A DNA stretch of 64,000 nucleotides from Utricularia gibba (Eukaryota > Plantae > Magnoliophyta). Below, one piece after another: positions 1-13,708 of the stretch. The DNA lies in contig NEEC01000017.1 in NCBI GenBank assembly GCA_002189035.1, forward strand, positions 248,001-312,000, in the 5' to 3' direction. Within the stretch, counting starts at the first letter, position 1, and every line of letters starts with the position of its first letter. Below the pieces are notes generated by a model. That model saw only the letters and a list, made by a program, of their open reading frames with translations, was not told where the DNA came from and ran no database searches. A program made the translations under genes and the position numbers.

Positions 1-419
1 GCCTACTTTTAAGATTAAATTGTGAAATTGGATTCATTCTCAATCAATCATTTAGATAATGAACAATGCCAATGATTGGTCAAGATTATTTGACAAATTT
101 TAATGACTGGTTGAGAATATCAAAAATTCTAGCTGATTAGTCGAAAATGCCAAAGAGTCTTGCGTAGTCATCAAGAATTTTGAACGTTCTCGATCATTAA
201 TTGAGATTGTTAGAGAACATGATTTAAAATACAAAAAAGAAGATATAAATGAATTTTTAATTTTAAATGCATCTATTGAATGTAAATATAAATAAATAAT
301 TCTATAAAAAAAATTATAAATAGAGAAGTGTGTTAGTATACGAGTCTGATTGTTCAACTTTTGAATCAAAATCCAAGCCTATATCAACCAAAAAATTACA
401 AATGTAGAAGTATTTATAT

Positions 420-2230
420 GAGCTATGATCATAATAATCCTATCTTAAAAGTTAGATTGAGATTTAAATTCAAAAAAGAAGCTTATTTTTGTATTTGTCA
501 TTGGCACATTAATAATCATTTTTAGTTTTGTGTGAATGAAATTAAATCAAAGCATTTAATACTGAAATGCTACTCTACTCCAGCTATGCAATGTAACTTT
601 CACATTCGTTTCTATGAATCGAATAAAGACGGGATTCAACAATTCAAAGTTTTTTTAGCCACTGTAGAAGTGGAATAGAGAAAAATAAACATAGAAACAT
701 TTTGATAAGTTTCATTGGATGAGAATTAGTAAACTAAATCTGAAATTTACAAGGTAATATTTTTATAGTATTTTGTAATATTTTTTTCATTTTTTATTAA
801 TATAAATTAAAATTTTAAACATATTTACGTATGTTAGAATTGATGTAATTAAAGTAATAACTAAGATACAAATCATGTATGATTATATTATTGATTATAA
901 TAAAACATGGTTTGATGTGTATTTGAACTTATACATGAGTTTTGAGAATCTTCAATGAATAAATTACCATATCATATATTGGTCATTCAAGTAATAAATC
1001 CCAATACAACTATAGAGTTGTCTGTTTTGATTCATAATTAGGATTTAATCATAAAATATTTCATTATATATTTTAGACTTTTAAGCCTCATCTTTATATA
1101 AGATAATGTTTTTAATTTTAGAATTTTGATTTATATATTTTATGATATCTAATTTACACTTTTATGCATATGTATGATAATAAATTGTTAATTGTTGTTT
1201 GTAGCGATTCTACTGGGCATATAATACCAATAGTATATGCTATTGTTGATGATGAAAATTAAGAATCGTATTATTGGTTCATTGAGAAACTAGATTGTCA
1301 TGCTAGTATATCTTGATGTTAGTATATCTTGAGAAAATTGAGAATCGTATTCGACTACAAGTATGTACAATCATCTAAGATTGTCATGCTAGTATATATT
1401 GATGCTAGTTATATTGAGACATTTATAAATCGTAGCCTCATCATTGGTGTCTACGATATTTTGTTTCCAATTTTTACTAATCTGTAAAATATAAGGAATC
1501 AAAAGAGCATTTATATGCGACTGGTGCTACATTAAATAAAGTAAAATTTGAAGTATACAAGAAGAAAATTTTTATTCATCATATAGCAATGCAATGGCTG
1601 AATCGTCCCGAGGTTTTGAATAATACCAACAAATGAACGCATTTGACAATGGTAAGTATCACACATATTTGACTACAAATTAGGTTGAATGTATGAATAG
1701 AGTTTTTATAAGAGTATGAAGATATTTGTAGCATCTTGGATTTTAATTTCTATTGGATGCACACAATGTTTATTACAAGACATTAAGAAATAATTAATTT
1801 TAATGATAACATAGAGGTATATTATTTCAAATTGTTTTATATTGAAATTCATAAATGATTCATATTTAATGTATTTGCTAATAATAAAGATTTTCAAAAA
1901 CAAATGTATAATTTAAGAAAGAACAACAAAAAGCAAGACGATTTCTACTATATAAATGGGATCCTGATCATCTTACATACGTTGTTTCATAAAACTGCAC
2001 AAAACAGAATCAATAAACAATCGACTTACAATCACAAACATGTACATGTGGAAAAATGGTTCATCCCTTGACTTCTTTGCACTCATACTCTAAAATGTGG
2101 TAAGATGTGTCGAATGTTATTAAACCAAATGATTATTTATGAATCGACTTTGGATTCGTTGTAGACTAAGTATGCTGATAAAGTATTACAAGATTTAAGT
2201 CAAGAAGATGGATGGCCTCAAGTAATTTGA
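420..2230 (+). mobile_element. Degenerate Mutator (MULE) MuDR transposase, copy 1
   Basis: Recognisable pieces: MuDR N-terminal region (~460-720), MULE domain 'GHIIPIVYAIVDDEN..YYWFIEKL' (~1215-1295), SWIM finger 'TCTCGK...LCTH' (~2035-2090). It aligns by eye to the copy at 46020-48300 and has many stops and indels. Confidence 0.8.
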
Positions 2231-3179
2231 TACTTGTATCATATCATGAAAAATGTCATCATCATAGTACTATTTGACTCTAATTGATTATTGAATAAAT
2301 ATATATTAACTTTTAATAAGTATTCTTATTTTTTAATATATTAAATACTATTTATGTCATAATCCAAATCATACTTTCACAACTCCTTTCATTTTCCTAG
2401 TTCACATCACACATTATACGCATCATATATATAAAAATAGTTTTACAGTCGCCTTAACCAAATATATTTTGAAAGCCTTAAACTTAGTCAAAAATCATAA
2501 AACCATATTCATTTGAAAGTTAAGGATAAATTGATCTATAGAATCAAGAATCATGTAAATCCAATTATCTAAGATTAAGTTACAAATTTTTAATATTGGA
2601 CTTTGAAAACTGTATTTAGATAACAAAGGCGGTTTGAACAATTTTAGGAAAAAGTGCATTATTCTTTTTAAACATGAAACTAACACATTAATCTACAAAA
2701 TTCACCAAATCTTCAAATTCACAGTCAGTTATAACAAAAAAAATGCATGAACATGCAATAAATGCTAAAAGCACACAAACATAGAAATAAACACAGCAAT
2801 AGTTTAGAACCTACTATCCTATTTACCCCTTCAACAAAAACAATCAATATAGTATCAAATCGTTTCTCTATGTATTAGCTCCAAACCAACAAATTCCCGT
2901 GATTTTACAAAGCCCTAACTTTTCACAAAAGCAATTATCCCAAAATTATGCAGTTTTATATACTAATAACAATATATTACCAAACATTAAATATAAAAAA
3001 AGGCACAAATTTTAAGAATCGAGTTCTAGGTGTTTTTATTCCCTTCTTCATCATATCTATTTTGTCTAATATTAATGCTAGACAAAGGTGCAATCAGATT
3101 AAGCCTCGAAGTCATAGGTAAAGTAGTTAAATTCTCATATATCTATGAATAACAATTTCTCTCCATTGAAAAAAACCCC

Positions 3180-6100
3180 TATATTCATGTCACCAACATA
3201 TGACAATGTATGAAATTCATAAGACGTACTCTATTGTGTTGGGCATGGATACATGGAGTGGGGAAGGGGTAAATTGTAGACTAAAACTCTCCTAAGTTGA
3301 ATATGTCAACATCAAATTACTAGAAAACTGTGAAGTACAATAATTCTATGATAGATGTGCTGAAATAGGATTGTCTGAATGGCTAATTGCAAGATTCTCT
3401 AAGATGAGGCTCTACATGCATCAATGACCACTATGATCCATCAAATAGATAGTCTTGAATTTAATTTGAGGAAATATTAGCTAATTGCTTCATCATAGTC
3501 GAATCAACAGATAATATATTGGCCATGTTATCAAATTGAGATGCATGCATATTGAAATGTCAAATAAAAATTATAATTAACCAAATCGGTTACATAAAAT
3601 TATTGAAAATTTTAAAAATAGATATATAATTATATTATTATTGCATAAGTAAGAGGCTATGCAATCTCTCCTAACTAATCTTTATTGAACTTTTTGAGCA
3701 TAATACTAAGAAATCATATTGATACTTTCTCATATCACTCATAATACACTTTCTCACTTGCTATAGAAATGAGAAATTGATAGAGGTTCTTCATCTTTAC
3801 ATTCCAAGTCTCTAGATAGTGATTATTTATTGATTTTCATTGTTGATCTTTAAAAGTCCAACATTTTCTTAGATTATTAGTTGGATTTGATAGAATACAC
3901 AATAGTAATCAATATTGACATGTCACTCTATGCACTCAACACGATAGTTCCCGAGCAGTCTCCCTAGTGCATCTCGTGTTTGCTCGCTTAGCCACTCAAC
4001 GCCCCCAACCACTACTCCATCCCCACCCGTCCCATCTGTCCCTACACTAAATCAAGTAAGGGTTTGCACTCGTTGTGACTCGTCCCTCGCTCACCATAAC
4101 TACTACTCAATCAGGCCAGGCGAGATCACTCGCGCTTACTAGCGTTGACCATCGTTCTACCAAGCTAATGCTTGATGTTGCCGCCATTGATGTCAATTGC
4201 AGCCTCACTCGCAATGCGCTCATTTGGCCTCGTATTGCTCTGCACAATGTGCATGACATTGCCGTCACGAGCATCAACCACAGCCTCGCTCACAAGGAGC
4301 TCATTTCACCTCATGTCGTCCGCACTACGTGCTTGGCGTTGCCGCTATGGGCATCAACCGCAGCCTCTAGTCATCACCACTGCCTTGCAGTGGGTGAAAT
4401 GTCTCTCCACTGTCCGTGTGGGAACTCACCTTGCTACCATCTAGCAGTGTGTGACATAACTCGACTCACAATTCACCCCCGCCCGGTTTCCCCCTCGTGG
4501 TTAGTCATTCGCTCGCTCTCAAGGTATACCCTTACCATAATGTGGCGTGGCTTCAATGGTTGTTTTCATGCTGCTCCGTATCCCTGGTGTGCAACCCTTC
4601 CGCATCCATATCACATGCCCTTTGTTCATACTAAGCGTGGCGTGTCTCAACATGCATTCGCCCCACCACGCCATTCAATGCTCTACGGTAGGTGTCGGCC
4701 CCTGATGTACTCTAATACACTATAGCTCTCACATGTTGCGAAGAAAATGTCGCATGTAAGTATGGCTCGACAAGTTTTGGCAAGCTGCCAACTTCTGCCA
4801 CGGCCCTACCATCACGTTCGCTTGTCTTGTCCAGGCGGTGATCCTTGATGCAGCATTACAAATCTCCCTTGCTTAAGAAGCTTCGTTCCGAAGCTTGCCG
4901 AAGAGTTCCAAGTACTCTTTTCACATTTGTTCCTCGCGCTCCCAAGTGGCTTCATCGATGGTGTTGCTTGCCCAGTGTACCTTCATCGATGGTGTTGTCT
5001 TTTCCGCCCAAGTGTGCTCACACAGCGATCTAGTATGCACAATGGTCTTGCCTAGTATATTTGTTGCATGGCCTGCAATCGTTCTCATATGATTTTTACC
5101 GTATGCTCGGCTTGTTGTATCAATTATGGTCCCAATATTTGTCGTTCGCCCACTTCATTCCAATGCAATGGGGCATGGCATTGCTGTCCATATAATGCTT
5201 CGAAAGGAGCCATTCCCAAGCTGGCCTGGTGGTTGTTGTTGCACACAAACTCTACTAGGTAGGCATGCTCCTCCCACCCACCTCGGTATTCAAGTGCGCA
5301 AGCTCGCAAGAGATCTTCTAGGGTGTGGATGGTCAGCTCTGATTGCACGTCCATTTGTAGATGGAACGTTGTGCTCATAAACAACTTTATACATAAAGCT
5401 TGTTGTAGGGTTGACCAGAATTTGGTAGTGAATCTTAAATCTTTTTCGGACACTATTGAAGCTAGCACCCCGTGGAGATGGATGATCTCCTTCATGTAGA
5501 CTTCAACGATTTGTCCCATGTTCCAATTGGCTTGAATAGGTAGGAAATGGCCATTCTTGGCCAGATGGTCCACTCTAACCCATGCAGCATCTAGACCCTT
5601 GTTGATCTTTGGTAATCCGATTACGAAATCCATGGTGATGTGTTCCCACTTCCATACGAGAACTTTGAGTGGCTATAGTAGTCCACCTAATCTTTGGTGC
5701 TCGGCCTTTACTTGCTGGCACACTGAATAGCTTGCCACCCATTCCGCCACCTCTCTCTTCATGCCCTCTCACAAATAACCCTGCCGAAGGTTTCGATACA
5801 TCTTGGTACTTCCTGGGTAAGTGGTCAATCGCAAAGTGTGCACTTCCTTGAGGAGATCGGTCGTGAACTCATGATTTGTCGGTATCCAGATTCATCCATT
5901 TCTCACAATGATACCATTGCTGCGTGTTTCGAAGGGTCCTTCTCTACTCGCGAGTCTTCTCACTACTGGACCCCTCGTATTCGCGCTATGATGGCTGGCT
6001 CGAGGCGAAGTGCCGCTAATAGTTCTTCTAGTGTCATCATAAGATTTGTCTCGCCTCGCACTCCTGCTTGGGGGTCTGAGGGCCTCCTACTTAGGCCATC

Positions 6101-6720
6101 TGCCACTACATTTGCTTTCATAGGGTGATGTTTTACCTCGAGTTTGTAATCCTTGATGAGCTCCATCCACCTTCATTGGCGCAGATTTAACTCCTTCTGC
6201 ATGAATAGATGCTTGAGGCTTTGGTGGTCGGTATAAAGCTCACATGTGTTCCCATAAAGATAATGCCGCCATTGCTTGAGCAAGAACACAACCACGGCAA
6301 GCTCCAAGTCATGTAAACGATAATTCCGTTCTTGGGGTTATAGCTATTGAGAAGCATATGCTATCACGTGCCCCTCTTGCATAAGTACTCCATCAAGGCC
6401 GATTCTGGAAGCATTAAAAAATATTTATGAAAATTCCATTAACAAATCTGTTAAAATCGCATAGGTCCACCTAAAGACCAACGTCTATGAATAGATACCT
6501 TGCTTAGTGTACGATAAACATAAGCTAAAATAGTTGAATACCAACTAAGTTATTTATTTTCTTCACTATACGAAATAACCTTCACTCCCTTTCGTATTAG
6601 GGAAAGAAACACCTCATACGATCAAAGTAGGGATACAACGCGCATCTCTACAATCAGCAGAATTAGTATTAACTTAAAAATTAAACAAAAAATTGAAGAA
6701 TTACCATATTATACCAATAT
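3180..6720 (-). pseudogene. Plant Mobile Domain (aminotransferase-like, PMD) gene remnant of MULE copy 1, split by a Ty3/gypsy fragment
   Basis: 3190-3460 and 3730-3820 match 49520-49800 and 50030-50110 (shared words CATATCACTCATAATA, CATTCCAAGTCTC). The minus strand of ~6460-6545 reads 'WYSTILAYVYRTLSKVSIHRRWSLGGPM', resembling the PMD YSWG..LAYLYR motif. Confidence 0.6.
3920..6410 (-). mobile_element. Ty3/gypsy chromovirus (Tekay/Del-like) fragment: RNase H, integrase, chromodomain, GC-rich 3' region
   Basis: RNase H 'ASRIGLDGVLMQEGHVIAYAS...[27 protein letters not shown]' (~5960-6410); integrase ORF 5124-5633 'MDFVIGLPK...HLQMDVQSELTIHTLEDLLRACAL'; chromodomain 'KVHWASNTIDEATWEREEQM*KEYLELF' (~4900-4985). 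5'-truncated; the left boundary is approximate. Confidence 0.85.
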
Positions 6721-8467
6721 GCTCTAAATTGGGATCAACAATCTTCCCAAACTCTTCAACATAATGTTTAAATTTTAAAAATGAGAATTTTGTTTGTGTT
6801 TTGGAGTTGTGGTGCTGTCCACCCAAACTAATTCAAGCCACACATTTTTATTTCTGGATTTCTTGAAGCTAAGTACAATTTTCTGACAACCGTACTGCTT
6901 CTATTTCTGACTTGCAGTCTGTTGTGGTAACAGTGCACGCATTGTCCCTTTTTTATGTTGCTCTTTCTGCGAACTAGCTACTTGCACGAAATCCATGCTT
7001 TGCATCTAATCTTAGATTTTGCTATTGGCTCAAAAATGGATTAGATTATGGAGTGGGCTAAATCAAATGATTTGGTCCTTAAATTACATTATTCTTAAAA
7101 TTTTGGTAAAATACTAAAAACCATAAAACACATACTTTAATATAATTAAAAGGTTATAATTTTCTTATCCTAAAAATAGGAATTTGATTGAAAATATGAC
7201 AATCTTATAAATGCAATATGATAGAATTCAATGGAACATTTTGAGAATTTATGAACCTAAAATCAAAATAAGGTAAATTAGATAAATAGTACAAATATAT
7301 AATGAAAAAACATAAAATGAAAAATAAAAATAAAATATATTATATAAATATAATATTTAAAAATCATGTGAAATATGGAACATAATATTTTAATCAAAAA
7401 AAGAGAACTCAGATATATAATAATGATGTGAATGTGAAAAGAAACTATTGAACAAAAATTAATTAGAATCATATTGAAATTCAATTAAATAAATAATACA
7501 ATAATCAAATTAAAAAATATAATTACTTATACTCATTAATGAATTTCCATTCCAAAGGTTTTTAACATTCAAATTTAATAAAAAATTTTGATGTGATACT
7601 TAAGAATACATACAACCATATTAACAACTAATATACTTAAACAAATTTAACACTGAAAATACAAACGAATAAATTTGAAAATATTTTAAAAAATATCAAA
7701 CATAAATATATTTCAATTAATTATCTAAACTAAATTAAATTTAAAAAGAGATATCTTTAAAAAATATATCATCAAAATAAATATAAAAATATATTTCAAA
7801 AAATCAAACTTAAATATATCTAATGAATTATGTAATCAAACTTATCAAAAAAATATATTTAAAAAAATCTCAAATATGCATTAACAACATACAACCTAAT
7901 ATAAATAAAAGTTCAAATAAAATATTTTAAAAATAAAAAATTAATAATCTCACTTGTACTCAAACAAAATTAGACTTCTCCCACTTTGTTAAATGATATT
8001 TTAAATAATTGATGTATATGTATAAAGGCCATCTCATCCATTTTTTCTTGTAATTTTTATATCTCTCAAGATTAAGTATTTATTTTTCAAAAATGATAAT
8101 TTTATTTTATGTGATATATTCTTTTTTTTATAATGATACCAATGTCTAATGATACATTCTCAATGAGTGATTTAAAAGTTTTGACATTTTAGATCAGTCA
8201 TGGAGATTGTTCAAGAATGAATACAATTTCATCATTTTACCCTAAAAGTAGATTAAGTTTCGTTTTTGTTTTAATTGAAAAGCGTGCACATCAACCTCAT
8301 AATTTGTTCCATTAAGATATTGCATCAGAGCTGGCAACACGTCGGAGGACCCGAGAAAAAGTGGCCCATGTTCAGTGGGAGTACATGTCATGTTGATTAT
8401 ATTATTGGGAAATGGAATCCGGGCTCCTCACTCCACACGTTATATTACAGTAGCCAATAGCCAATAG

Positions 8468-9019
8468 ATGGAGGACGAGTACCGCATAAGAAGCCCGCTT
8501 CTCGAACCCGCCGCCGTTCCGCCGGAGCTTGCATTCCCAAACACCACAAGCGGTAGTAGTATCGTGCTCCGGATTTCCCTTTTGTTGCTGATTGGAGCAG
8601 TCTCCGTATGGGCCAACTACGAAGCTTCCAAAGGGTTTGCAGTCACAGTAATCAACGAATCCGGCGATGACACGATTGCCGGCAGACGATTCGGCGTGTT
8701 CTACGTCCGAAACGACGGCGCTACTCGTGCCATCGTCCGGGCGAGCAAGCTCATGGAAGCGGATCCCATGTACTACCCGGATCGAGATCGGCAAGTCCCC
8801 AAGATAGGCGCTGTAATCCTGAAGCTAGTGAACCGCACCCTGACCCAAAACGTGGTCGCCGTCGAGAAGGGCCGTGACCGTGAGTTTGTGGTCAAGGTAT
8901 GCCCTTCAGTCATGGAAGCTGAAAATTTCCAGGCGGCCTTTTTCTCAGCAGTGCTTCGTGGAATAACTGAAATCCTGCACTGGGATACAGCGAAGAAACA
9001 ATCAGCCGGCGGCAGCTGA
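8468..9019 (+). CDS. Plant basic secretory protein (BSP / PR-17-like) family protein, intronless, apparently C-terminally truncated (183 aa)
   Basis: Open ORF with a hydrophobic segment followed by 'VSVWANYEASKGFAVTVINES...GRRFGVFYVRNDGATR', the N-terminal signature I recognise from this BSP subfamily. It stops shortly after 'AVLRGITEILHWD'. Confidence 0.7.
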   Translation: MEDEYRIRSPLLEPAAVPPELAFPNTTSGSSIVLRISLLLLIGAVSVWANYEASKGFAVTVINESGDDTIAGRRFGVFYVRNDGATRAIVRASKLMEADPMYYPDRDRQVPKIGAVILKLVNRTLTQNVVAVEKGRDREFVVKVCPSVMEAENFQAAFFSAVLRGITEILHWDTAKKQSAGGS

Positions 9020-9095
9020 ATCCTCCTCCTCCCTGCACCTGGAGTGCCAGGGAAATGCACACCTTTTCCTGCGTACAGTACAAATTACCTGGCAG

Positions 9096-9336
9096 TGGGC
9101 CTCGCAGAAACAGATGCATCGGCCTAGAGACATGGTTGCTGTCAGTGGGCCCAAACTTCTTTCTATTGGTTGCTGTCGTTTTCATTTGGGCCCACTGTTG
9201 TTTTTTCATTGGTTGAAAAAAATTTAAAACTGTGATTTATTTTTGTTATTTGATTAAGAAAATATTTTATTGAGATTAAGATTCTCTTTGGTTTCTTTTT
9301 CGGGTAGTTGGGCTAATAGCTTCTCTGGAATGGGCC
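9096..9336. promoter_or_regulatory. Cluster of five site-II (TGGGCY) motifs, including GGGCCCAC
   Basis: TGGGCC at 9096, 9146, 9187 and 9331; TGGGCT at 9309. Function not shown. Confidence 0.35.
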
Positions 9337-10302
9337 ACAGTAGCCACCCTTGGAAGCACGTCGGCCTTGGTTTTTCTCTGCTTTTGGGAATGGGGGCTAC
9401 TGGCTACTGTAGCCTGTAGGGACGGGTTTTAAGGCTCTTCTTGAAGTCTTACGACGGGAACCCTGACCTCCTACAAATGAATTACAAGAATACTTAAAAT
9501 TATTACAATATCTTACTTTTGAGTTAATATTGTACATATCTGTAGTTTTATTTGTAATTTATCCTAATTTTTCTATTTAATCTTAATTTCTTATACACAT
9601 TGCAATAGGATATACAAATTTGTCAAATAAAATTAACAAAATATTCAATTAATATTTGTAAAATACATAGAATATTAATAAATAAATTATGTGTGTATTT
9701 ATTTAAAACTATAATACAAATTTTAAATAATTATATTTTTAATAAATATTTGAATACACATTTAGTATATATTATATATAATATCAACTTTGATATATTT
9801 TTATTATGATTGGTTGAGAATTATACTTAAAAAATATTTATTATTTTAAATTATTCACAATAAAAATTGAATTTGTCGATAATGAGAAATTAAATATTAA
9901 AAAGAATCCTTTGTTTTTTTATGAAATATCAACATTTTTATTCATTCTCCATACATCTTCAATTTCAAAAAATAAAGAATTTTTTATTATATATTTTTTA
10001 AATTTTGTATAGTATTGTGATCAGTTTGACATCTATTGATTTCGAATTTGGAATCAATCGATTTGATCAAACTGATCATTTATAAATCATTGTTCATCTA
10101 TATTTCGGTTTCAATTTGGAACCTTAAAAATTATTTTTTTTATTCTTGTACAATTTTTTGTTATGTTACTCTATTTAAATTACTTTTAAAAAGTATTTTA
10201 CCTTAGTCATTTTTCAACTTAATTTAAATTTGGGGTTATCAAATTAAGGTACATGATGTAAGATTAGGGTATTAGAAATTAGATTTTAGTCAATTTTATA
10301 TA

Positions 10303-10306
<4 letters not shown>

Positions 10307-10358
<52 letters not shown>
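10307..10358. repeat. Compound microsatellite (TA)n(TG)n
   Basis: Directly visible TA run followed by a TG run. Confidence 0.95.
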
Positions 10359-10359
<1 letters not shown>

Positions 10360-12519
10360 AGAAATTTTATATTAAATATGAGAAAAAAATATTCTAATGT
10401 CAAGACATAGAAAAATAAATTTTATTATTGGTTCCTTACAAATTAAGATGATGAATGAAATTTGTACATTGAACCTCTCCTTTCTTCAATATAGTGAATA
10501 TTCGTACAAATTTTTTTTATCAAACAAAAAATTTAATGCAAAATTTATGCAACTTCTTTCAAGCTTAAAATAGTGTTAAATATAAAAAAGGAATTCTGAG
10601 TTACTATAAATATGTAAATAACACAAGAAAAGAAAGTCATTCTAGGTAATGTTTTATGTTTTATGTTTTTGCAATGTTTGGAAATTTCTAACACTAATAA
10701 CATATGAAATAGTTTCAAGGCAATGTTTTCTATATTAAGAGGGACTGAAATCCAAACAAGTATTAACACAATGATAAATGGAAAATTCGTAAGGTATTGC
10801 AACACTAAAGATTTTCCTCATCAAAATTAATTTATAAAATGAACAAACAATCAACATCTTATTTGTAAAAAAATTAATGTAGTAGTGATAGTAATAAATG
10901 CATGTTGGTCCACAAAAATCACAAGATTTTTGGTTTTTCGCGTAGACTAAATTAAACATGGGTTTTATCTGAAAGTGGATTGCTACTCTGAAATTTATAA
11001 AATACGTCCTGACTTGAAATCATAAAAATGGAATATGGAAATTGGCTTTGCATGTAACATATAATGGTCATTTCACTTAAAATTATACTATATTGGAACA
11101 GATTAATCACATCTTTAAGTTTCTTGTTCTAAGTTGGCATGCGGAAACAGTAATGAAAATGATGAAGTAAACATGCTCATTTGTTGAAGACATTCAAACA
11201 AGAATGTAAAAAGCTAGTAAGTTTATGAAGTGAAATGCAGAAATATAGTATGCACAGGAAAATAAAATAAGTGCGTTCAATGCTCCATTTCATTCTTGCT
11301 CATGCATCGTCTTATTCTCAAAATGTGATCCTCAAGCTCCATAGTGTCGATCAAGTTCTTTGCTACTGTTCTAGATGTTGGTGATTAGTTCGAATATCAT
11401 GTTAGAATTGTTTTTCTTCGACTTCTTCATCAAAATCGCTCAAGAATTTGTCGGAAAATATCTCTATCAGTTGTAATTATCACTTCTCTCTCCACTCACT
11501 CTGGTATGTCTTGTTGGTGGCATATCAAGGCTTGTTCCTTCTTTCATACTGGCTACTCTCGTCTCGCAACGCGTGCACATCTAAACCCAAATGAGTGTAC
11601 CTAGACTTAGATGAACCAATGATTAATACATAAATGAACCAAAACATGTTTTTATCGAAAATAAATTTATTAATACTAATTTTGGTCTTTTTCTCTATTC
11701 TAATTTGCATAATCTCTTATTCTAACATTGAAAATAGCACGAATATGATCAAATTTAATGTCACATCATGCACAAAACATTACATGAATGTATTTTTTAA
11801 AAATTTGTTCCTTTTAATACTTATATTTTAATTTTAAAAAACACATATTTTCTTAAAAAATATTTTATAAACGTTTGTTTAATGTTATGTATCTTACAGT
11901 GAAATTTATTTATAAAAAATTAAATAATTAAGAATAAAACTTTTTTGTAGGTCTAATAAGTAAATGTTGTAAGTGAAATTTTTAATGGCATAAATGTAGA
12001 CATGACCTTTCAATTTTTCCAAATGTTTCCCTCTATTTATTTCAATTTCAAATTCAAAAATTTCAAAATATCATTATAAAAGGAACCTCCCACTCTTAAT
12101 TTTTACCATTATAGTTGACATGCTATTGTTTTGCTTTGGATATTGATATTAATTCATCATATTTTTATTTACAAGGTAACGATTTTACATTTTATTTTTT
12201 TATTTTTATATATTCATTTATTACATTAAGTTTTCAAAATTCAAATTTATTTATTTCCATATTTTTAATTTATTCATAATTTTCGAAAATGATATGTTTA
12301 TATAGTTATATTTCTAATTGACAAGTAATCTATTTATATAGTTGTGTTTATTTTTTGTTAAAAGATTCGTGTCCATTTTTGTTTTTATTGTTTGATTTAG
12401 TCTTCGGGTAGGTGAGAATTTGGAATCTTGTATATTGGACATGAGATAAGATTTTCAATTTTGTGTTCGATCTTATTTATAGTTTTGAATGCTGTGGATT
12501 GTAGACTACTCAATTTGGT

Positions 12520-13090
12520 TTTTCAGGAAAGGCTTTCTCCTCTACATCTTGAGATTCCGCATGCAGTCCGATTTCTAATAGATTCTCCAGCAACTCATGA
12601 TGAGTGAATTTGCATAGCAACATATAACAATCAAAGAAGCAATGGTTGAGCCATAAGCAGCATTTAGCATGATATATACTTTGATCGATCTTCATCTCGT
12701 GCAGATCCTAGGAGCTTTAATTTTCAAACCAATGGACTGGATAGAATCTTCTACCATCAATTGGAGGTTGTTGAGAGCTCTCTATTGGTGGGAAATTTGA
12801 GTAGCTTTGTTTTCAGCATTTCTAACATATGTTTTTTCAAGCAATATCGATGCTTCTTTAGGAGTTTCACAGCCTAGAATAACCTCATATGTGTGTCCAA
12901 CAATGGCATTATCAAGGATTACACCAACTTTCCTTTCTATTGTTTTGTGGATTTTGAGGGCAGCGGCATCGATGGTTCTTCTTCAGCAAGGTAGTCCCAT
13001 AAATCTTGATATTCTTTTGATTCTTTTCCATCAAAGCGGGGGGAGCTTGAATGTTTGTAGCAGACATTTTGTATATTGATGGAGGATGGA
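12520..13090 (-). mobile_element. Ty1/copia gag remnant
   Basis: Minus-strand frames read 'PRFDGKESKEYQDLWDYL' and 'AIVGHTYEVILGCETPKEASILLEKTY...LNNLQLMVEDSIQ', resembling copia gag (UBN2-type). Broken by stops and frameshifts. Confidence 0.6.
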
Positions 13091-13708
13091 ACACAGACAA
13101 GGCAAGGAGAAATGCTAGATTCGAAGTTCACGTCAAGCTCATCGAGAAGAATTCGGTAATTCTCCAATATCAAAGGCAAAGGTAGTTTGACATGGGTCAG
13201 ATTTTTTAAAATCTTGTCCTAAAATGTCATGTTCTCTTGTAATTTGCATCCCATCGTCCGCTTTCACTGTACTTGTTGGTTCTCCATCTAAATTTCCTCA
13301 TCACTAACATCCATGGCTTCTTATTGTAATGAGTTTCCAAGGGTATCCGCGCATGATGCAACTCCTTCAACATGTAGCAGATGGTTCGGTGCTCCGAGTT
13401 GTGGTATTAAAGCCTCTCAACATGCAGCAGAACTGTCCCTCTACCCAGACGACGCGAGTGGATAGATCGCCCCACCTGCTGTGTTGATTGATTGATTATT
13501 TGGTCAATGTTAGGGATACGATAGCAGCGGCTAGCCCATTGAAAACCCCTTCCCTTCCACTTAAAACATCAATAAATACGCTCTCCGGAGAGTCTGATCA
13601 AATAAACAAATAGCTACCACTTGGTATGACACACGTGTACTCACGACATTTCATTTCTTTCTCCGATACAAAAAACAAATGGCCCATAAGTGTATGCGCA
13701 TGGGTGAC

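Noticed and set aside
4075-4725. 216-aa plus-strand ORF, the longest in the ORF track
   Set aside because: It lies in the GC-rich 3' part of the gypsy fragment, has no ATG start and no recognisable motif; long ORFs arise by chance in GC-rich repeats.
7100-8230. Short hydrophobic ORFs in extremely AT-rich DNA (also 9.7-10.9 kb and 58.6-59.4 kb)
   Set aside because: Low-complexity I/F/Y/N-rich translations typical of non-coding AT-rich sequence.
8232-8243. CATTTTACCCT here and a similar word at ~51608-51620 as candidate MULE right TIR ends
   Set aside because: No matching inverted left end or 9-bp TSD was found.
10960-11620. Possible retroelement remnant
   Set aside because: No diagnostic motif or boundary could be recognised.
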